DNA of 64,000 nucleotides, from positions 9,826 to 73,825 of the forward strand of contig JAFSRH010000036.1 of the NCBI GenBank assembly GCA_017446225.1, given 5' to 3'. This DNA comes from Oscillibacter sp. (lineage in GTDB: Bacteria > Bacillota > Clostridia > Oscillospirales > Oscillospiraceae). The notes below the pieces were generated by a model that was not told where the DNA came from, did not search any database, and was given only the letters and a program-made list of their open reading frames with translations. Positions 1-8,843 of the stretch are shown here, in pieces. The number at the start of each line of letters is the position of its first letter. Within the stretch, counting starts at the first letter, position 1. The translations under genes were made by a program, and so were the position numbers.

Positions 1-733
1 AACCGGCCAGCGCGGCGGACGTCACAAAGGCCATCATCTTGTATTTGATGATGTTCACGCCGACACTCTGCGCGGCAATGTGATTGTCACGGATTGCCAT
101 AATGGCGCGTCCGGCGCGGCTGTTGACCAGATTGAAGATCACGATTAACGAAATCATGATCAGGATGAATCCGGCGGTGAACGTGGAAATTTTCTGGATA
201 CCGCCAATGCCCATGGGGCCTTGTATAATCAGGCGTCCGGTTTCGGCGGTGCGGGTGGTGTCCTCCAACAGACTGATATGCACGCCCTTGCCGTCCACGC
301 CCAGATACAGGTTGTTGAAAATGGCCTTGATAATCTCCCCGAAGGCGAGCGTGACAATGGCCAGATAGTCGCCGTTGAGGCGCAGTACCGGAATACCGAT
401 CAGGAAGCCGGCAATGGCGGCGAAGAGCGCGGCCACAATCAGCGCAATGGTAAGGCGTACCGCGGGGACAGGAACCGCGTCTTGCAGGGCAATGGCAGTG
501 GAAGTGCCCAGAAACGCGCCCACGCTCATAAATCCGGCGTGGCCAAGGGACAGTTCGCCCAGTACGCCCACGGTCAGATTCAGCGAAACGGCCATGACGA
601 CATAGGCGCAAATCGGGACCAGCATACCGCGCAAAGAGGAGCTGAGGCCGCCGCGCGCTTGCAGGACCTGTAAGGCGGCGTACGCGCCAATGACCAGAAC
701 GTAAGTCAGGAAGTGAAACGGGGATTTTTTCAT
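1..733 (-). CDS. livM: Branched-chain amino acid ABC transporter permease LivM; C-terminus runs off the left edge of the window
   Basis: Edge-truncated frame absent from the ORF track. Hand translation of the minus strand from ATG at 733 gives MKKSPFHFLTYVLVIGAYAALQVLQ...GVNIIKYKMMAFVTSAALAG, a typical LivM. It starts 10 nt after the livH stop. Confidence 0.85.
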   Translation of the reverse strand, partial: MKKSPFHFLTYVLVIGAYAALQVLQARGGLSSSLRGMLVPICAYVVMAVSLNLTVGVLGELSLGHAGFMSVGAFLGTSTAIALQDAVPVPAVRLTIALIVAALFAAIAGFLIGIPVLRLNGDYLAIVTLAFGEIIKAIFNNLYLGVDGKGVHISLLEDTTRTAETGRLIIQGPMGIGGIQKISTFTAGFILIMISLIVIFNLVNSRAGRAIMAIRDNHIAAQSVGVNIIKYKMMAFVTSAALAG

Positions 734-742
734 GTCGTCACC

Positions 743-1717
743 TCACACTTTTTCGCGGATGGTCCGGCCCAGCAGTCCGGTCGGCTTGACCAGCAGGACG
801 ATGATCAGCACGGCGAACACGACCGCGTCCGAAAGCTGTACGGAGATGTAGGCTTTCGCGAAGATTTCGAGCACGCCCAAGAGCAGGCCGCCCAGAAACG
901 CGCCGGGGATGGAGCCGATACCGCCGAACACGGCCGCGGTAAACGCCTTGATACCGGGCATGGAGCCGGTAGTCGGCACGAGATTAGGGTAGGCCGAGCA
1001 AAGGAGCGCGCCGGCAATCGCGGCCAGTCCCGAACCGATGGCGAACGTCAGGGAAATGGTGGCGTTGACGTCAATGCCCATCAACTGCGCGGCGGCTTTG
1101 TCCTCTGAGCAGGCCCGCATGGCCTTTCCCATTTTGGTCCGGCCGGTGAACCACGTCAACGCCAGCATGATGACAATGCAGGAGACAATGGTCACAATGG
1201 TGACAAAGGAAATCGAGAGGGACCCGAACTGAATGCTGCGTAAAACCGCGGTTTCGCCGGACGCGTCCACGGTCCGGAGCACAAAGAAATTCGGAAACAC
1301 TTTCGGACTGGAGGACCAGAGGAGCAGAGCGGCGTTCTGTAAGAAGTAGCTCACGCCGATGGCGGTAATCAGGACCGCCAGAGAGGGCGCGGAACGGAGG
1401 GGTTTATAGGCCAGTTTTTCAATGGTCACGCCCAGAAGCGTACACACGGCCGCGGCGGCGCAGACGGCCAGCAGAGGGGCGAGCGGTCCGGGGAGGCGAA
1501 GCGCGCCGAACGTGTAGAAACAGACATAGGCCCCGACCATGATCACGTCCCCGTGGGCGAAGTTCAACATTTTCGCGATACCGTAAACCATGGTATAGCC
1601 CAGCGCGATAATCGCGTAAACGCTCCCGAGACTGATTCCGTTCAGGATATGATTGAGGAACTGGTAAGCTCCGCCGCCGGAAGTCAGACTGTTGACAAAC
1701 TGAATGATAAAATTCAT
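743..1717 (-). CDS. livH: Branched-chain amino acid ABC transporter permease LivH
   Basis: ORF 743..1762 trimmed to the internal ATG (MNFIIQFVNSL...). LGYTMVYGIAKMLNFAHGD is a LivH hallmark. Multi-TM protein adjacent to livM and the binding protein. Confidence 0.9.
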   Translation of the reverse strand: MNFIIQFVNSLTSGGGAYQFLNHILNGISLGSVYAIIALGYTMVYGIAKMLNFAHGDVIMVGAYVCFYTFGALRLPGPLAPLLAVCAAAAVCTLLGVTIEKLAYKPLRSAPSLAVLITAIGVSYFLQNAALLLWSSSPKVFPNFFVLRTVDASGETAVLRSIQFGSLSISFVTIVTIVSCIVIMLALTWFTGRTKMGKAMRACSEDKAAAQLMGIDVNATISLTFAIGSGLAAIAGALLCSAYPNLVPTTGSMPGIKAFTAAVFGGIGSIPGAFLGGLLLGVLEIFAKAYISVQLSDAVVFAVLIIVLLVKPTGLLGRTIREKV

Positions 1718-1820
1718 GTGAAAACCCCTCTTCACAAACGAAAAATGAAAGAATCGGTGCATATCCGAGAAAGCGTCTCCGGGATACTCTCTCCGATATG
1801 CGCCGCGCGGACCCGTTTGG

Positions 1821-1846
1821 CCGGAACGGCCCGAAGGCCGTTCCGG
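1821..1846 (-). other. Perfect intercistronic stem-loop between the binding-protein gene and livH
   Basis: CCGGAACGGCC-TTCG-GGCCGTTCCGG on the minus strand (11 bp, tetraloop) with no U-tract. Confidence 0.55.
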
Positions 1847-1870
1847 TTGCCGGTTGCAAAGTTGTCTGAC

Positions 1871-3190
1871 TCAGTCCATGCCCACGTAAGCGCCGTTCGT
1901 GATGACCATGCCCTTGGGGGACTTGGAAACCGCGCCGGAAGCGTCCCATGTCAGGCCGCTTTCCGTACCGGTGAGGCCGTAGAAGGTCATGGTAGTGAAC
2001 TGCTCTTTCATCAGGCCGTTAATGGTGGCGGCGTCCATGTCGGGCGTGGCGTTGGCGGCCGTCAGGGCCTGACAGTAGGCGTACACGCAGTCATAGGCGT
2101 CCGCGGCGAACTGGTTGGGCTTTTCGCCGAAACGCTTTTCATATTCCGTCACAAACTTGACGGTGGCCTCGTCCGTAGAGTCGGCGTTGAACGGCGTCAG
2201 GAGCATGACGCCCTCGGCAAGGGAGGCGTCAAAGCCCTGCATGGTTAAAATGCCGTCCATGCCGTCCACGCCGAACCACTTGGGGGCGTAGCCCATGGCG
2301 CTGGCCTGCGCCAGAATCAGGGACGCCGGTTCGTAGTACATCGGCAGAAAGACAAGGTCCGCCTCATTGGTCTTGGCATCGTTCAACTGCACGGAGAAGT
2401 CGGTGGCGTTGCCATCGGAAAACGTCTGGTCGCTGACGACCTGCAAGCCCTGCGCGTCCGCTTCCTCAAGGAACGTGTCGCGGATTCCCTTGGAGTACAC
2501 GTCATCGCTCTTCCAGATTACGGCGATTTTGCTGCCCAGATTCTGCGAGCCGATATACTCCGCCGAAGCGGTGCCCTGATTGGGGTCGGCAAAGCACATC
2601 TGAAATACGTTATCCTTCCCGGCAATGGTGGCGGTAGAGGACGCGGAGGGCGTCAGCGAGAAAATATTATCGGCGAAGGATTCGGCGGACGTGGCCTCGG
2701 CGGGCTTGGAAGTCACGGAGCCTAAAGAAATCTGCATGCCCCAGTCTTTGAGGGCGTTGTAGGCGTTGACGGCCTTTTCGGCATCGTGGGCGTCATCCTC
2801 GTAACGGAGTTCAAACTTGATCGGGCTGTCGGAAGCGTTGATTTCGTCAACGGCAATCTGCGCGCCGTTTTTCGCGGCGTTGCCGTAGATAGCCGCGCCG
2901 CCGGTCAGCGGACCCGTGCCGCCCAGTTTAAACGCGTTTCCCGCGGGGGCCGGGGCGTCCGTGGGCTGGCTGGCTTCATTGGAAGTTTCGCCGCCGGGTT
3001 CCTCCCCGGTTTCGCCGCTCAACTGCGCCTCTTCTTCCCCGGATTCTCCGGAATCGGGAGCGGGTTCCTCTCCGGCGTTCGTCTCGGTATTGTCGCCGGT
3101 AGAAGGTTCTTCCGCCGGCGCGCCGCTACAGGCCGCCAATGCAAACAGCATAGCCAGAGCAAGCAGAGCACAGAGCAACTTCTTCTTCAT
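1871..3190 (-). CDS. ABC transporter substrate-binding lipoprotein (LivK/LivJ-like, branched-chain amino acid type) with a long acidic Ser/Glu/Pro linker
   Basis: Lipoprotein signal MKKKLLCALLALAMLFALAAC. Periplasmic-binding fold motifs (GGTGPLTGGAAIYG). First gene of the liv-type operon, with an AAGGAGG RBS. Confidence 0.88.
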   Translation of the reverse strand: MKKKLLCALLALAMLFALAACSGAPAEEPSTGDNTETNAGEEPAPDSGESGEEEAQLSGETGEEPGGETSNEASQPTDAPAPAGNAFKLGGTGPLTGGAAIYGNAAKNGAQIAVDEINASDSPIKFELRYEDDAHDAEKAVNAYNALKDWGMQISLGSVTSKPAEATSAESFADNIFSLTPSASSTATIAGKDNVFQMCFADPNQGTASAEYIGSQNLGSKIAVIWKSDDVYSKGIRDTFLEEADAQGLQVVSDQTFSDGNATDFSVQLNDAKTNEADLVFLPMYYEPASLILAQASAMGYAPKWFGVDGMDGILTMQGFDASLAEGVMLLTPFNADSTDEATVKFVTEYEKRFGEKPNQFAADAYDCVYAYCQALTAANATPDMDAATINGLMKEQFTTMTFYGLTGTESGLTWDASGAVSKSPKGMVITNGAYVGMD

Positions 3191-3208
3191 CGTACATCCT
3201 CCTTAATC

Positions 3209-3241
3209 AAATTATACAAACAGGACGGCGGAGCCGCCTGT
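3209..3241 (-). terminator. Hairpin plus T-rich tail after the SLH gene
   Basis: Minus strand reads ACAGGCGGCTCCGCCGTCCTGT followed by TTGTATAATTT. One bulge. Confidence 0.45.
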
Positions 3242-3249
3242 CGTATCCG

Positions 3250-3879
3250 TTATTTGAAACAGCGGCACAGGAAGGCTACCATCTGCGCGCGCGTACAGTT
3301 ATCGTGCGCCAAAAAGGCGTTGTCGGCCAGTCCGTTTGTAATTTTCTCCTGTACGGCCCAGCGGACCGCCGTTTCGTAGTAATCGCTGGAAGCGATGTCC
3401 TGAAAGTTCAATTCCTTTTCATCGTCCACTTCCGGCGAGCCGACCGCGCGGTAGAGAAACACAATGGCCTGACCTCTGGTAACGGGGCCGCCGGGCCAGA
3501 AGTCGCCCTCATCGGTACCGCGGGTAATTCTCTGTTCGGCGGCCCACAGGACCGCATCGTAGTAATCCTGAACGGGCGCTATGTCCGGAAACGGGTTGCG
3601 GAAGTTCGGCGGCGGGGGCGGGGAGCCGCACGCGCGCCATAAAAACAGCATAGCGTCTCCGCGCGTGCACGCGTTGTCGGGATAGAACAGCGTCCCGGAA
3701 TCCGCGCTGATGATTCCGTTTTTTTCGGCCCACTGGATTTCTTTAAAGTAGAAGTAATCTTTCGGGACGTCCTCAAACACCGGGGAGCCGCCGCGGCGAA
3801 GGAAGAAGAACACTCCGGCGGCAATTCCCAGCGCCAGAACAATTCCCGCGATCAATCCTATCAGCAGTTTTTTGGGCAT
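3250..3879 (-). CDS. Membrane-anchored protein with three SLH (S-layer homology)-like repeats
   Basis: ORF 3250..3969 trimmed to MPKKLLIGLIAGIVLALGIAAGVFFFL (TM anchor). Three repeats of the type F.D....YY..AV.WA....I..G......P....TRGQA..FLYRA. Confidence 0.78.
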   Translation of the reverse strand: MPKKLLIGLIAGIVLALGIAAGVFFFLRRGGSPVFEDVPKDYFYFKEIQWAEKNGIISADSGTLFYPDNACTRGDAMLFLWRACGSPPPPPNFRNPFPDIAPVQDYYDAVLWAAEQRITRGTDEGDFWPGGPVTRGQAIVFLYRAVGSPEVDDEKELNFQDIASSDYYETAVRWAVQEKITNGLADNAFLAHDNCTRAQMVAFLCRCFK

Positions 3880-4021
3880 ACCAACGCCTCCTGTGCATGA
3901 TCTTTCGTTCTTTGATATCCATGGCCGGAATCCGGCTGAAAGTGCGCGGTACGCGCAATTTTCCGGCATTTGGGAATCTTTTCAGGAAAATGAATTCAAA
4001 GAGTATACCAAAACTGATTTT

Positions 4022-4050
4022 ATTTTATCGTGTTCCAAGGAGAAAGTCAA
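4022..4050 (-). promoter_or_regulatory. Sigma-A-type promoter for the SLH protein gene
   Basis: Minus strand reads TTGACT-17 nt-TAAAAT (plus-strand agtcaa 4045..4050, atttta 4022..4027) in an A/T-rich spacer. Confidence 0.5.
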
Positions 4051-4128
4051 CCGCGGATCATTGGCGGAATGCACAGAAAATTCGGCGCGTTAATCCGGAA
4101 ACTGTATTTTTTGCCGAACGTTGTACGG

Positions 4129-5592
4129 TTAGAACGGATTCCGGCGAATCAGGCGGCGGCGGCGCCACATGGACGGCGCGAAGAGCAGTAACATCGGGAA
4201 AATTTCCAGCCGTCCGACGAGCATGTCGAACGAGAGCAGGAGTTTCGAGGCCGGGGAAAACGCCGCGAAATTGCCCATGGGTCCGACCATCTCCAAGCCG
4301 GGGCCAATGTTGTTGATACACGCGCTCAGAGCCGTAAACGTGGAAATCAGGTCGAAGCCTTCCAGCGAGAGCAACAGGTACGACGCCACGAAAATGATCA
4401 GGTACACGGCAATAAAGGTATGCACGCCCTGAATGTTACGTTCCGGCAAGGGCTTGCCCTCAAAGCGTACGGAGGCGACCGCGTTCGGGTGCAGCATTTT
4501 TTTCATGTCCCGGACGGAGGCCTTCACAAGAATGATGAGACGGTCTACTTTAATGCCGCCGCCCGTGGACCCGGCGCACGCGCCGATAAACATCAGCACC
4601 GTAAGGACCGCGCGGGAAAAGGCGGGCCAGAGGTTAAAGTCCGCGGTCGAAAAGCCGGACGTGGAAATGATGGACGCCACCTGAAAGTAGGAGTAGCGCA
4701 GGGCCGTGAGGAAAGAGCCGTACATGGACGCGACGTTTCCCGCAATGGCAAAGACGGACAGGGAGACAATGCCCAAAAACGTCCAGAGCGTTTCCGACTT
4801 CCAGACTTCCGCGAAACGGCGCATGAGAAGATAATAGTAAAGGTTAAAGTTGATACTGAACAGGAGCATGAACGTGCCAATGACCACGTCAAAAAACGGG
4901 TTGTCGTACGCCCCCACGCTGAGATTCCGGTTGCTGAACCCGCCCGTCCCGGCGCTCCCGAAGGCGTGCACGCAGGAATCGAAGAACGGCATGCCGCCCA
5001 GACGCAGAATCACGATTTCAAGGACCGTCAGGGCGGTGTAGATTCCGTACAGGATCTTTGCGCTTTCGCTCATGCGGCTGACGAGTTTCCCCACGGACGG
5101 ACCCGGCACTTCCGCGCGCATAAGGTGCATGCCGTGTCCGTCCGACATGGGCAGAATCGCCATGACGAACACCAGTACGCCCATACCGCCGACCCAGTGC
5201 GTGAAGCTCCGCCAGAACAGTACGCCCCGGCGCAGGGGTTCGACTTCCGTCAGAATCGTGGCCCCGGTGGTCGTGAAGCCGGAAACGGTCTCAAAGAACG
5301 CGTCAATAAAGGCCGGAATTTCCCCGGAGAACACGAACGGCAACGCCCCGAACGCCGACAGCAGAACCCACGCGGACGCCACAACGGCGAAGCCGTCCCG
5401 GGCGTACAGGGCGGTATCTTTCGGGGCGCGCAGGCCCAGCGGAAGGCCCGCCAGCGTCAGAAGAAGCATCGTGGCGGCGAAGGGCCAGACGCTTTCCCCG
5501 TACGCCAGCGCGGTCAGCAGGGACAGTGACATCAACGCCGCCTCCGTCAGCAGAATCCGGCTCGTCACACAGGCTATCATGCGATAATTCAT
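4129..5592 (-). CDS. trkH: Trk/Ktr-type potassium uptake membrane subunit TrkH
   Basis: Polytopic membrane protein with motifs TVSGFTTTGATIL and GGIKV. Lies immediately downstream of trkA. Start trimmed to MNYRMIAC. Confidence 0.9.
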   Translation of the reverse strand: MNYRMIACVTSRILLTEAALMSLSLLTALAYGESVWPFAATMLLLTLAGLPLGLRAPKDTALYARDGFAVVASAWVLLSAFGALPFVFSGEIPAFIDAFFETVSGFTTTGATILTEVEPLRRGVLFWRSFTHWVGGMGVLVFVMAILPMSDGHGMHLMRAEVPGPSVGKLVSRMSESAKILYGIYTALTVLEIVILRLGGMPFFDSCVHAFGSAGTGGFSNRNLSVGAYDNPFFDVVIGTFMLLFSINFNLYYYLLMRRFAEVWKSETLWTFLGIVSLSVFAIAGNVASMYGSFLTALRYSYFQVASIISTSGFSTADFNLWPAFSRAVLTVLMFIGACAGSTGGGIKVDRLIILVKASVRDMKKMLHPNAVASVRFEGKPLPERNIQGVHTFIAVYLIIFVASYLLLSLEGFDLISTFTALSACINNIGPGLEMVGPMGNFAAFSPASKLLLSFDMLVGRLEIFPMLLLFAPSMWRRRRLIRRNPF

Positions 5593-5633
5593 AACACAGC
5601 CCCCATACGCGGACACGGCAACAGGAGCCGCGT

Positions 5634-6998
5634 TTATTTCAAAAGGTCCTGAATTTCCTGAAGGCGCAGGCCGCTTGTGACGGCAATCACATCATCGCCG
5701 GGCTGGATCATGTCCCCGCCGGACGGAATGATGATCTGTCCGTTGGCCCGGACAATCCCCGCCAGCAGGATACCCCCCTTCATTTTCAGGTCCTTTAACG
5801 GTACGCCCACAAGAGGCGCTCCCGCCGGAATGCTGAATTCGACCGCCTCCACGGCGCCTTCCACCAAGTGATGAAGGGTCTTAATCGTCATGCCGGACGC
5901 GCCCTCCATGGCCCGGATATACTGTACGATCAGTTCCGCCGTGACGCTCTGCGCGGAAACAATGCTGTCAATGTTGTGCTCCTCCGACACCAGCTCCACC
6001 AGCGAACGCCGGTTGATTTTCGCGATAATCTTGCACGCCCCCCGGCTCTGACGCGCCGCGCTCATGGACATCAATATATTCGCCTCGTCTACGCCCGTAA
6101 TGGCTACAAAGGCGTCCGTTTCCAGCAGTCCCTCTTCCCGTAACAGTTCGTGATCCGTGCCGTCGCCGACAATGACCAGCGCTTTCGGGAGCCGTTCGCT
6201 GATTTGTACGCAACGCGCTTCGCTCTGGTCAATGATCTTTACGCTCATGCCCATGCGTAAGAGTTCCTCCGCCAGATAGTAGCACATCTTACTGGCCCCG
6301 ACAATCATCACGGACGAGGCCTTTTTCCGGAAAACGCCCAAATGCTGAAAAAATTTCGCCAGTTGGTCGGGCGCGGAAGTCAGGTAGATTTTGTCCCCGG
6401 CGCGAAGGACAAAGTCCCCGGACGGAATGATCGTCCGGTCCTTCCGCGCCACCGCGCAGACCAACACACGGATACGCGTATTCCGGTAGAGTTCCAGCAG
6501 ACTGATTCCGTCCAGCGCGGAATTCTCCGGCAGACGGTATTCCACCAGTTCCAGACGCCCCTTGGAAAAGGACTCTATTTTCATGGCGGCGGGAAAACGG
6601 AGAATCCGCGCGATTTCCCGGGCCGCTACTTTCTCCGGGTTGATGGCCATGGACAGCCCCAGCTCCCCGCGCATAAAGCGGAGCTGTTTTTCATACTCCG
6701 GGTTCCGGATACGCGCAATCGTGTGCGGGACGCCCAGTTTCTTGGCCACCAGACAGGCCAGAATATTGATTTCGTCGCTGGTAGTCGTGGCAATGAGCAA
6801 ATCGGCCTTCGCGGCTTCGGCCTCCGTCTGTATCTCGTAACTGGCCCCGTTCCCGCACACGGCCAGCACATCGTAAATGTTGACGATATTGTCAATCAAC
6901 TGCGCGTTCCGGTCAATGAGCGTGATCCGGTGTTCGGCGATAAGCTGTCGCGTCAGGGTGAGGCCGACTTTCCCCGCGCCCACAATGATAATGTTCAT
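5634..6998 (-). CDS. trkA: Trk system potassium uptake protein TrkA (double RCK/NAD-binding)
   Basis: MNIIIVGAGKVG Rossmann start and a second MIVGASKMC half with two RCK_C-like segments. GGGGGGA RBS before ATG 6998. Confidence 0.92.
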   Translation of the reverse strand: MNIIIVGAGKVGLTLTRQLIAEHRITLIDRNAQLIDNIVNIYDVLAVCGNGASYEIQTEAEAAKADLLIATTTSDEINILACLVAKKLGVPHTIARIRNPEYEKQLRFMRGELGLSMAINPEKVAAREIARILRFPAAMKIESFSKGRLELVEYRLPENSALDGISLLELYRNTRIRVLVCAVARKDRTIIPSGDFVLRAGDKIYLTSAPDQLAKFFQHLGVFRKKASSVMIVGASKMCYYLAEELLRMGMSVKIIDQSEARCVQISERLPKALVIVGDGTDHELLREEGLLETDAFVAITGVDEANILMSMSAARQSRGACKIIAKINRRSLVELVSEEHNIDSIVSAQSVTAELIVQYIRAMEGASGMTIKTLHHLVEGAVEAVEFSIPAGAPLVGVPLKDLKMKGGILLAGIVRANGQIIIPSGGDMIQPGDDVIAVTSGLRLQEIQDLLK

Positions 6999-7017
6999 AC
7001 CGCATTCCCCCCGCCTG

Positions 7018-7980
7018 TCACGCCGGGAACAGATCCCCCGGCACAATGATGTCACGCGCCGGCACGGCGGACCAGTCGAACACGGACAGCAGTTCCGTGA
7101 CGCGTACCGGCTCCGCCGTGGGATGAAATCCGGCCAGAAAGGCCAGTTTCCCTAAAATGACTTCCGGCGGGTAACGTTTCCGCAGAATTTCCAGATTCAA
7201 GTCGTGGTCCCGCTTGCTCAGACGCCGCCCGTCCTCCGCCAGCAGTAACGGAACATGATAAAACGCCGGCGGGGTGAGACCCAGAAGGCGGTAGAGCAAC
7301 AGTTGCCTCGGCGTGGACGTGAGAAGGTCCGATCCGCGCACCACTTCCGTTACCCCCATGGCGGCATCGTCCGCCACCACCGCCAGTTGATACGCGTACA
7401 GCCCATCGGAACGGCGTAACAGGAAGTCGCCGCAGTCCCGGTCGAGCCGTTGCGCGTAACGCCCCATATGGCCGTCACACACGGCGATTTCCCGCGCCGG
7501 GACCCGCAGACGGTACGCCGGGGAACGCGTGCGCGCACGTTCCGCCGCTTCCGCGGGCGTCAGATTCCGGCAGGTCCCGGGATAGACGGTTTCCCCGTCC
7601 GATCGGTGCGGGGCGTCCGCCGCGTGGAGTTCGGCGCGGGTACAGAAACACGGGTATACCAGTCCGCGCGCCCGTAACGCGTCCAAGGCGGCCTTGTAAA
7701 GCGCGGTCCGTTGACTCTGTTCGTACGGTCCGTGAGGACCGCCGACCCGCGGCCCCTCGTCCCATGTCAGGCCCAGCCACAGGAAATCGTCTTGAATCTG
7801 TTGCGCGTACGCGGGCGTACAACGGCGGACGTCAAGGTCCTCTATGCGCAGTATCACGCGTCCGCCCTGTTTTTTCGCGCTGAGCCACGCCAGCAGGGCG
7901 CTGAACAGGTTGCCAATGTGCATACGTCCGCTCGGGGACGGCGCGAAACGTCCGGTTGTCACGGTTCCCGCCCCCGTCAC
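7018..7980 (-). CDS. gluQ: tRNA glutamyl-Q(34) synthetase GluQRS (truncated GluRS paralogue)
   Basis: GRFAPSPSGRMHIGNLFSALLAW (HIGH-type motif), RIEDLD, and LSKRD (KMSKS-like). About 310 aa with no anticodon-binding domain. GTG start, so the N-terminus is uncertain. Confidence 0.85.
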   Translation of the reverse strand: MTGAGTVTTGRFAPSPSGRMHIGNLFSALLAWLSAKKQGGRVILRIEDLDVRRCTPAYAQQIQDDFLWLGLTWDEGPRVGGPHGPYEQSQRTALYKAALDALRARGLVYPCFCTRAELHAADAPHRSDGETVYPGTCRNLTPAEAAERARTRSPAYRLRVPAREIAVCDGHMGRYAQRLDRDCGDFLLRRSDGLYAYQLAVVADDAAMGVTEVVRGSDLLTSTPRQLLLYRLLGLTPPAFYHVPLLLAEDGRRLSKRDHDLNLEILRKRYPPEVILGKLAFLAGFHPTAEPVRVTELLSVFDWSAVPARDIIVPGDLFPA

Positions 7981-8753
7981 AGCGTACGCAAAACTTTCAT
8001 GACGCCGTCCTCGTCATTGGACGCGGTCAAATGTTTCGCAAGCACCCGGATTTCGTCACAGGCGTTGGACATGGCGTAACTCTCCCCGCAGGACTGCAAC
8101 AAGGTGTAGTCGTTCATATAGTCTCCGAAGCCCATGCACTCCGCCGGGGACAGGCCGTAACGCGCCTGAATGTTCCGGAGCGCCGCGCCCTTGCTGACGG
8201 ACGCGTTTGCAATGTCAATCCAGTCCGGACCCGACACGACCGCTTTCAGGCGCGGCTCAAGGCTCCGGAACCGCGAAACCGTTTCCGCCGCGCGGTACCC
8301 CTCAATGTACAGCGCGACTTTTACGATCCGGTCCTCGCCGATTACGCTTTCCAGCGTCTCCGGGAACAACAGGCGGCGGTAGTACATACGCGCTTCCCGC
8401 TCCACGGCTTCCGGCGCGTGGGCCATCCACGCCGAGCGGACCCCGCAGAGAATGGGACTGACCCCCGGAAGTCCCGCCGTGACGCGCAGACATTCCAGCA
8501 CGTCCGGCGTTTCCATAATATTCTGGTACAAAACTTCGCCATGCTCAAAGACCAGCGCGCCGTTTTCCGCGATATAGAGCAGATGATCCCGCGCGGGGCC
8601 GAAGTTGTCATAGAGCGTGTAGTATTGCCGCCCGCTCGCAATGGCCACCCGGATTTCGGGATGAGCCAGCGCCCATGTTTCAAAATCCGGCGGCAAGTTC
8701 TTTTGACTGTCCAGTAACGTACCGTCCATGTCAGTCGCCACAAGTTTAATCAT
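7977..8753 (-). CDS. Cof-type HAD-IIB family hydrolase (sugar phosphatase-like)
   Basis: MIKLVATDMDGTLL (DxDGT motif I), SGRQY (motif II), and GDYMNDYTLL (motif IV). Confidence 0.85.
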   Translation of the reverse strand: MIKLVATDMDGTLLDSQKNLPPDFETWALAHPEIRVAIASGRQYYTLYDNFGPARDHLLYIAENGALVFEHGEVLYQNIMETPDVLECLRVTAGLPGVSPILCGVRSAWMAHAPEAVEREARMYYRRLLFPETLESVIGEDRIVKVALYIEGYRAAETVSRFRSLEPRLKAVVSGPDWIDIANASVSKGAALRNIQARYGLSPAECMGFGDYMNDYTLLQSCGESYAMSNACDEIRVLAKHLTASNDEDGVMKVLRTL

Positions 8754-8800
8754 ACGCCGTCCCTTCTTGCGGGAGACCGCCCGCCACGTAATTCCGCTGA

Positions 8801-8829
8801 ATCATACCACAATCGCGGACGCTTTGCAA
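8801..8829 (-). promoter_or_regulatory. Sigma-A-type promoter for the cof-gluQ-trkA-trkH run
   Basis: Minus strand reads TTGCAA-17 nt-TATGAT with an extended TGg upstream of the -10. Confidence 0.55.
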
Positions 8830-8843
8830 TACGGCGGAAACGT

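Noticed and set aside
3191-3249. Riboswitch or T-box leaders upstream of the liv operon, ilvA (32620..32667) and purA (34526..34573)
   Set aside because: The untranslated leaders implied by the predicted promoters are only about 40-60 nt, which is too short for T-box, purine or other known riboswitch aptamers.
3872-4093. 73-aa plus-strand ORF in the A/T-rich spacer upstream of the SLH gene
   Set aside because: It overlaps the SLH gene start and its predicted promoter, has no RBS and no recognisable fold. The region is better explained as a promoter and leader.
4420-5529. 369-aa plus-strand ORF antisense to trkH
   Set aside because: Extreme Arg/Gly/His content typical of antisense frames in high-G+C DNA. 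It is fully nested in a confidently identified membrane-protein gene.
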